The notes below the pieces were generated by a model. That model did no database searches and was not told the DNA's origin. It was given only the letters and a program-made list of their open reading frames with translations. From an uncultured Desulfarculus sp. (lineage in GTDB: Bacteria > Desulfobacterota > Desulfarculia > Desulfarculales > Desulfarculaceae): a stretch of DNA of 64,000 nucleotides. Below, piece after piece: positions 57,822 through 64,000 of this stretch (its first letter is position 1; each line of letters begins with the position of its first letter). The position numbers were made by a program, and so were the translations under genes. Location of the stretch: positions 96,001 through 160,000 of the forward strand of contig CAXXUK010000001.1 in the NCBI GenBank assembly GCA_963665125.2, given 5' to 3'.

Positions 57822-58442
57822 GGAGGAATTGTCCGATGCTTAAATATTCAGGGGATTCCCAGTGGTAGCCGTTGGCAACCTATTAAACAATTCATCGTGA
57901 AGGCAGGCTGGTTACATCCAGATTTTTTGAATGCGTGTTAACGATTACTATATTTTTTTTGCTTTTGCAAAGACAAATCATCCGGCAGGGCTTATGTGGT
58001 CCTGAATGGTTCGCACTAGTCCCAAAGCTCTGACAGGGGAGATGGGTATACTGCTAATCATTATCGCGGAATTCGCCCCTTTGAACTGGCTGGGGGCCTG
58101 TAAGTTAACGCGTGCAAAGACTCACTTGAAAATCGCCGAGCAATTGCAATTAAGCTGGTCGGCTATAAATCAGAATCATCCTCAGGGCATACTAACCTAT
58201 GTGAATTTCCCGCCGCCTGAACAATGGTAATTGCATCAAGCCAACCACTATGAACGCACTTATCCGGAAGAAATAAAACGTCCGCAATGTGGAATTAGTT
58301 GCCAGTATACTGACCCGTCGATAAGCCGAGATCTCTGCAAAACAAGTTTGATATCTTCAAAGAAAAGTCAAAGTGATTTAGATTTGAATTATTTTATGTA
58401 GGACAAACATATAAATAATACCAGGCTAATGGTAGAGGAGGA

Positions 58443-58604
58443 GTGGTTCTGAGAAAAGCAAAATACACCAAGTCAATTTCGGTTTATTTAGAGGAAGATG
58501 TTTATGCAAAGCTCTTAAAGATGAGCGAAGATGAAGAAGTTAGTATCAATTCGAAGATAAGATGTTTGATTAATTTTGCATTGAGAAAACAAAAATCAAA
58601 TTAA
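58443..58604 (+). CDS. Ribbon-helix-helix (Arc/CopG-like) small protein (below ORF-track cutoff)
   Basis: KSISVYLEEDVYAKLLKMSEDEEVSINSKIRCLI pattern; GAGGAG upstream; start uncertain. Confidence 0.55.
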   Translation: MVLRKAKYTKSISVYLEEDVYAKLLKMSEDEEVSINSKIRCLINFALRKQKSN

Positions 58605-58622
58605 TTTAAGGAGAAAATTTAA

Positions 58623-59207
58623 ATGCCAAAAAAATATAATAATGGAATATTGAATATCCTGATGTCACATTATGTGTGCAGCGATACTGTAAAATGCCAA
58701 ATATGGGCAGCAGAAAGCGTTGATTTAGACACAGGGAAAATTGGGCGATACATAATGTTAACTGCGAGTGTACTGGATGATACTACGTTTCAAAACAGCA
58801 TTGTGTTCAGGCTCTGCCCGTTTAAGGCAATTACATTTGCATATGGGATTAACTAGCTGATTAAAAAACCGGAATTTATTGGTGGTGAATACAAAATTGA
58901 AAAGTACAACTCGCCAGATAGTAGCTTAACTATTAAGTGCGCTGAAAGTGCAGATACCGGCCAGATGATAGTTGGAATGCAACCCAGGGATGGAGATAAG
59001 AGAGTAGTGTTAAAGCTAAACTTGACGGAAGCGCTTGGTGTGGCTGACTTGATTAAATGGGCAGCTAAAACAATTGTCGCAAAAGAAATTCAACAAAAAA
59101 TGGTGGACGCAAAAGACGATACCTCTTCCAACCGTGGTGACAGTAAAAAACATCCTTATTTGATAAAAAAGGACATTTATAATGGTCTAGAAGAAATGTT
59201 TGGTTAG
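58623..59207 (+). pseudogene. Hypothetical 194-codon gene interrupted by a single in-frame TAG (58854-58856)
   Basis: ORFs 58623-58856 and 58965-59207 are in the same frame with no other stop between them; AAGGAG RBS. Confidence 0.65.
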
Positions 59208-60009
59208 TAATGCCCGGGCCAGGATATGGTGTTCTGGCCCGATTTGTTATTAATTTGTAGTCAGTTATGGAGGATGTTTGCCAATTTTATAGTAATTTAG
59301 TGCCATTTGGTCTGCTTTGGAGTGCGTCAAAATAGACCGTGAATCCTTATCGTTGAACAGCGACATTGGTGTCGTTGCACAATAAAAATGGTTGAAATTG
59401 AAGCGATTTGCTGACGGGTCATGTCTTTATAAAAGTAATTGATGTTTATTGTATGTAAAATTACTATGCATTAAGTGAGTAATAAAAAGATTTATACCGG
59501 GTGTTTTTTTGCAGGTTAAGTCAATTTTTGCCTGTTAACAATGCAGAAATATAAATAGTGGATAAAATCAAATAAATTAATATAGTCAAGCGCTGTTATG
59601 GCAAATATAAGTGGCTTGATCTGGTTTGCAATGACATGTAACACATGAAACATGTGTTTCCGATAAAGCTGTTGCGGAAAATCGCTATTAAAAACGGTGC
59701 TGTAATACTTATAACATGTATAACAACTGATTTTATCAGTTACAATTAAATGGTATGATTAGGCAAATCGACATATTCTGGCAACATTTGAAATGGTAAC
59801 CACGCTCAAATAATAACTAAAAATATGAAATGCTTTAAGATGCGCTGGCCACTCAGGATGTTGAGGTATATATCATCTTGGGGTTGATCAATCTGATGAG
59901 TTCGCGACCTGGAGATTGATGCATTATTTCGATGGTGACGGCTAGTAGGCTATTTTAACCAAAAGTTAATTTCATCCTTCCAAGTCAAATGCTGATGACG
60001 TTATTGAGT

Positions 60010-61232
60010 TGTCCTAGTCGAGAAAAGCGTTGACAGGTCAAGGTCCTAGCTGAAGGAGCCATGGCCTTCCGGTTAAGATGGTTCAAACCAAAAGAAGCAT
60101 CTTAATTGAAAGGAAGGACCATGACTCAATCGCAGTATATCATCAACCGCAAGCTCAATATCCTGGAGTTGGGCCAAACTCTGGGAAACATCTCCGAGGC
60201 CTGCCGCAAACTTGGCATCAGCCGCCAGCACTATTACGACATCAAGCAAGCTATTGATGAGGAAGGTCTGGAAGGGCTCTTGGAGAAGAGTCGTCGCGTG
60301 CCCAGGATCGGCAACCGTGTGGCCCTCGAGATAGAGCAGAAAGTGCTGGATTATTCTTTACAGTTTCCCACTCACGGCCAGACCAGAGTGGCCAACGAAC
60401 TGAAGAAAATCGGTATCCAGGTCAGCGCCGGAGGCATTCGCAGCATCTGGCTACGGCATGATCTGACGCTCAAGGCACAGCGCTTGAAGCGACTGGAGAA
60501 ATGGGCGGCGGAAAACACTGAGGTGCTCACCGAATCCCAGGTCCAGGCCCTGGAGAATGCCAAGCAGGAAAAAGAGGCCCACGGTGAGGTGGAAAGCCCG
60601 CATCCAGGCTTTCTGGTGGCCCAGGACACCTGCTATGTGGGCATTATCAAGGGCATAGGCCGCATCTACCAGCAAACGGCCATCGACACCCACGGCAGCC
60701 ATGGTTTTGCCAAGGTTTATCGTGAAAAGACGGCCCTGACCGCCGCCGACCTGCTCAACGACAGGGTGCTGCCCTTTTACGACCACCACGGCATCAGGGT
60801 GCACCGGGTGCTCACCGACAATGGCCCGGAGCTGTGCGGTCGTCAGGACAGCCACCCCTACGAGCTATTTCTGCACCTAAACGACATCGAGCACACCAGA
60901 ACCAAGGTGCGCCATCCCCAGACCAATGGCGCGGTGGAGCGGCTTCACCAGACCATCCAGAATGAATTCTATGAGGTGGCCTTCCGGAAAAAGCTGTACC
61001 GCACGCTGGATGAAATCCAGGCCGACCTGGACGCCTTCATGAACTACTACAACACCGAACGAACCCATCAGGGCCGCTATTGCCAGGGGCGCACCCCTTT
61101 TCAGACCTTTAACGACGGCCTGGAACAGTATCAAAAGCATGTCCATGAAGGGATAGAAATCGAGGACGCAGCGTAGTAACCTAAGCCATCTGCCGGAAGG
61201 CCAAACTGTCAACGCAATTAGTGACTAGGACA
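60010..61232 (+). mobile_element. IS481-family insertion sequence with 7-bp target duplication ATTGAGT
   Basis: IRs TGTCCTAGTC-N7-GCGTTGACAG at both ends; ATTGAGT at 60003-60009 and 61233-61239. Confidence 0.93.
60121..61176 (+). CDS. IS481-family transposase
   Basis: NISEACRKLGISRQ, QDTCYVG, LTDNG, PQTNGAVER, YNTERTHQG. Confidence 0.93.
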   Translation: MTQSQYIINRKLNILELGQTLGNISEACRKLGISRQHYYDIKQAIDEEGLEGLLEKSRRVPRIGNRVALEIEQKVLDYSLQFPTHGQTRVANELKKIGIQVSAGGIRSIWLRHDLTLKAQRLKRLEKWAAENTEVLTESQVQALENAKQEKEAHGEVESPHPGFLVAQDTCYVGIIKGIGRIYQQTAIDTHGSHGFAKVYREKTALTAADLLNDRVLPFYDHHGIRVHRVLTDNGPELCGRQDSHPYELFLHLNDIEHTRTKVRHPQTNGAVERLHQTIQNEFYEVAFRKKLYRTLDEIQADLDAFMNYYNTERTHQGRYCQGRTPFQTFNDGLEQYQKHVHEGIEIEDAA

Positions 61233-61251
61233 ATTGAGTTGCTCCATAATG

Positions 61252-62470
61252 TGTACAGTGATGGTATTGGCCTGACAGTCGCCTACTACCGGTCTGGTTG
61301 TTAGGCTGCCTTTTTGCTCTTACTATTTTTCGGTTCGGGATTCAAGTCTTTCAGGCCATCTTTGAAAGCCTGATACGGCGTCCTCCCGTTCATGTTGCGA
61401 CCTTGGTGAGGCCTTTTAGTGTTGTAAAGGGCCAGGTATCCTTCCAGATCATTCTGCATCTCGTCGACCGACTCGTACCATTTCTTGCGGCCCATGATGC
61501 GGAAATGCTCGTCCAGCAGGGTGCGGTGAAGCCGCTCCACGAAGCCATTTGACTGGGGACGGCGCACCTTGGTTGTGCGGTGTTCGATGCCCTCCAGTTG
61601 CAGGAAGAGCTCGTAAGGGTGACGGTCCTCACGGCCACAAAATTCCCTGCCATTATCGCTGAGAATGGTCGTGATTGTAGCGTGATGTTGCTCGAAGAAG
61701 GGCAGTACGTCGGTGTTGAGCACATGGACAGCGGTCACCGGCAGCTTGGAAGTATAGAGCCTTCCCCAGGCATGGCGGCTATAGCAATCGATCACCGATT
61801 GCAGGTAGACCTTGCCCACGCCTTTGAGGGTGCCCACAAAGAAGGTATCCACCGACACCAGATCGCCCACACCATTGGTTTCAATGTGGCGCTCTCGAAA
61901 CTCCGGGCTGAATCGCTCCAAGAGGGCGACCTGGTCCTCGCTCAAATCGATCTTGGTTTCCGATACGTGGCGCTCCAAACGCAGCAGGCGCTCATGGCGG
62001 CTCAGAAGATTGTGCCGGGACCAAACTCCTCGCACACCGCCGGAGCTGACCTGAATCCCTTTGAGGGCCAGTTCGTCGGCCACGCGCAGACAGCCATGGG
62101 TGGGATAATCCAGGCAATTATCCAGAATGGCCTTTTCGATTTCCTCTGATACGCGGTTGGGGTGTGGTCCTTTGGGGCCGGGAAGCCGATCCACCAGGCC
62201 TTCGGCCCCAAACGTCTGGTAGTTGCGCCTGATCTCATAAAATTGCTGGCGGGTATAGCCCATGATCTTGCAGGCCCGGCTGACGTTCTTCAAATCAGAC
62301 GCCAACTCTAGTAAACTCAGCTTCCTGCGTGCTACTTTCTTTTCGGTGGTCATGTCTTTTGCCTCCTTGGGCCCGGAGTGCTTCAGCAACACTTCTTCTA
62401 ACCCGGTAGGAGGCGACATGGCCACCTCTTCGTTTGGCTCTATGTGTCAGGTGGTTACCGTCACAGCACA
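61252..62470 (-). mobile_element. Second, distinct IS481-family insertion sequence
   Basis: 26-bp imperfect IRs TGTACAGTGATGGTATTGGCCTGACA / TGTGCTGTGACGGTAACCACCTGACA; no target duplication seen. Confidence 0.88.
61301..62353 (-). CDS. IS481-family transposase
   Basis: NVSRACKIMG, VDTFFVG, LSDNGREF, PQSNGFVER, YNTKRPHQG; AAGGAGG RBS. Confidence 0.93.
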   Translation of the reverse strand: MTTEKKVARRKLSLLELASDLKNVSRACKIMGYTRQQFYEIRRNYQTFGAEGLVDRLPGPKGPHPNRVSEEIEKAILDNCLDYPTHGCLRVADELALKGIQVSSGGVRGVWSRHNLLSRHERLLRLERHVSETKIDLSEDQVALLERFSPEFRERHIETNGVGDLVSVDTFFVGTLKGVGKVYLQSVIDCYSRHAWGRLYTSKLPVTAVHVLNTDVLPFFEQHHATITTILSDNGREFCGREDRHPYELFLQLEGIEHRTTKVRRPQSNGFVERLHRTLLDEHFRIMGRKKWYESVDEMQNDLEGYLALYNTKRPHQGRNMNGRTPYQAFKDGLKDLNPEPKNSKSKKAA

Positions 62471-62708
62471 CACAGGCGGAATGTTTCCTATGGGCTCAAG
62501 CAGCCGCCGGTTGTTAAACCAGTTGAAGCGCTCGCGCTACAACGTGGTCAGGCCAGCCCGGATCCTTTGGCCTCGCTCTGCCTGACACAATCAGCTGCGA
62601 AGAGTCTCGCCGGTGCAGTCTATCTAGGCCGCAATGAAGCAGATGGCCTGCTGCCGTAGGTGGCGTAAGTTCTACTTTTCAGGCCTCCTGGAAACGGGAG
62701 GGTTTACC
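62471..62708 (-). pseudogene. Internally deleted, decayed IS3-family (IS51-group-like) remnant
   Basis: Minus strand reads QAICFIAA*IDCTGETLRS*LCQAER...LTT (OrfA) fused to NWFNNRRLLEPIGNIPP (OrfB C-terminus). Confidence 0.7.
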
Positions 62709-62720
62709 ATGTCCTATAGG

Positions 62721-64000
62721 TTAAAACCGCAAGGACAAATCGATGCCGATGCTTCGTGGAGCGCCATCCACGACAGCCACGGTGCCACCGCCCCAATCGC
62801 GCTTGTCAACGATGTACTCGTGATCAAAGGTATTTTTGCACCACAGCACGACATCCCAGCTTTCGGCCTCATAACCGAGCCGCATGTTGTAGACCTGATG
62901 CCCCTCGCACTCGTATTCGTTTCCCGAATCCGTATAATAGGCGCTTACGCCGGTCATATCGAGACGACCGAAAACGCCGGACTCGTGCCGGTACTGCGCC
63001 CCCGCGTGATACGTATAATCAGGGGCGAACGGCAAGGCCTTGCCCGAATAATTATTGACACCATTGTCCCAATCCGAAAACGTGGCGTCCACATATCCAA
63101 GCCCGGCAAACAAATCCAGCCCCTGAAAGGGACGAGCCTTGACACTCAGTTCTAAACCGGTGGACCGCGCCTTGTCCGCGTTGTCTATCCACATGTTGGT
63201 GCCGACTTGATTCACGATCTGCTTGTCATTGATCTCCTGCCAAAACCCCGCCAGGTTCACCTGAAGCCGATTGTCCAGCCAGGACGTCTTGGCCCCGACC
63301 TCATAGCTCCACATCTGCTCGGCGTCATAAGTAAACTGACCCTGCGAGGAACCAAAGGAAGTATTGAACCCTCCGGCAAGGAACCCCTTGCTCGCCGTGG
63401 CGTACAACATGGCGTCTTCCGTCAAGTCATAGGCCAGCGTGAGTTTGGGCAGCAACTCGGTGTTGTAGATATCGTCCTCAAAAAAGTAGGCGGTTCCGAA
63501 GAAGTCCTTGTGGTTCTGCTTTCCATGCAATTGGGTATAGTCCAGGCGAAGCCCCACGGTCAGATGAAACTTTTCCACAAAGGAATACGTTGTCTGCCCG
63601 AAAAGAGCCGCATTCTGGGACGAAACCTCGGTTTGCCGATAATCGGCCATCGGAGTCATGGCGATACTCTTATCCATGTCCATCTCTTGGAAGATGCCGT
63701 AAAGGCCGGCCAGCCACTTCCATGGCCCGTCGTCCTCCGGAGACGCAATGCGCAGTTCCTGGCTGTAGGCTTCAAAATCCCTTTCGATGAAATAGGTCAT
63801 CGCGCCCACCGCTCCGGAAGTCAAATCGCCATCACCGTAATATTCATACGAGAAGCCGTTCCGTGTCGTTATGGACGTGAGGGCGCCCGCATCGCATTGA
63901 TACTCCAGGCGCAAGGCCTGGGTGTTGCCGTCCCTGTCGATGGAATTGGGACCGTCATAGTCGATTTTGTACGGGTCCGTTTTTCCGGTTCCCTGATCGA
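62721..64000 (-). CDS. TonB-dependent receptor (C-terminal part; the gene starts beyond the window)
   Basis: SQELRIAS, LTVGLRLD, SKGFLAGGFN, YEVGAK, KNTFD, terminal Phe; frame open to the window end. Confidence 0.9.
   Translation of the reverse strand, partial: DQGTGKTDPYKIDYDGPNSIDRDGNTQALRLEYQCDAGALTSITTRNGFSYEYYGDGDLTSGAVGAMTYFIERDFEAYSQELRIASPEDDGPWKWLAGLYGIFQEMDMDKSIAMTPMADYRQTEVSSQNAALFGQTTYSFVEKFHLTVGLRLDYTQLHGKQNHKDFFGTAYFFEDDIYNTELLPKLTLAYDLTEDAMLYATASKGFLAGGFNTSFGSSQGQFTYDAEQMWSYEVGAKTSWLDNRLQVNLAGFWQEINDKQIVNQVGTNMWIDNADKARSTGLELSVKARPFQGLDLFAGLGYVDATFSDWDNGVNNYSGKALPFAPDYTYHAGAQYRHESGVFGRLDMTGVSAYYTDSGNEYECEGHQVYNMRLGYEAESWDVVLWCKNTFDHEYIVDKRDWGGGTVAVVDGAPRSIGIDLSLRF

Larger units (their letters stand above)
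49576..64000. mobile_element. Tandem genomic island B (right boundary not seen in the window)
   Basis: Intact integrase 135 bp from the att copy; backbone paralogous to island A; extent beyond about 58 kb is inferred. Confidence 0.7.

Noticed and set aside
26628..58856. Systematic TAG recoding in the islands
   Set aside because: Only two cases; TAG is used as a true stop in nearby genes (for example 33241 and 61174) and island A shows other signs of decay
59260..60000. AT-rich 0.75 kb stretch as an ncRNA or gene
   Set aside because: No ORF of 60 aa or more and no recognisable RNA motif; only a short ACACATG-AAA-CATGTGT palindrome
22896..64000. Prophage or conjugative element
   Set aside because: No capsid, terminase, tail, relaxase or type IV secretion genes recognised in the window

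Overview
GC-rich bacterial chromosome segment. The gene content (LldG/LldH-type and GlcD/GlcF-type lactate dehydrogenases, 2-oxoacid:ferredoxin oxidoreductase, multiheme cytochrome) suggests an anaerobic Desulfobacterota-like host; this is inference only. Bases 1-22.8 kb are core-like genes: a GT4/methyltransferase/prenyltransferase-fold cluster, a B12 radical SAM enzyme, sfsA, truD, trmB, a Tat sulfatase, OFOR alpha/beta, two metzincin lipoproteins and lactate oxidation genes. tRNA-Arg(CCG) at 22819-22895 is an integration hot spot. Its 3' 45 bp recur at 49531-49575, delimiting a 26.7 kb island (A) with a destroyed integrase, a primase-polymerase/NTPase replication module and a sigma54-controlled stress-gene cargo. 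A sister island (B) starts at 49576 with an intact paralogous integrase-DUF932 backbone and carries an arylsulfatase, an SphA-like barrel and an octaheme-TPR protein. Two IS481 elements and a TonB receptor follow, and no right end of B is visible in the window. The most unusual signal is a cas-less type I-E crRNA-like unit (one 32-nt spacer with intact 5' handle and 3' hairpin) at 52566-52662 in island B. All product calls come from motif recognition by eye, with no database searches.
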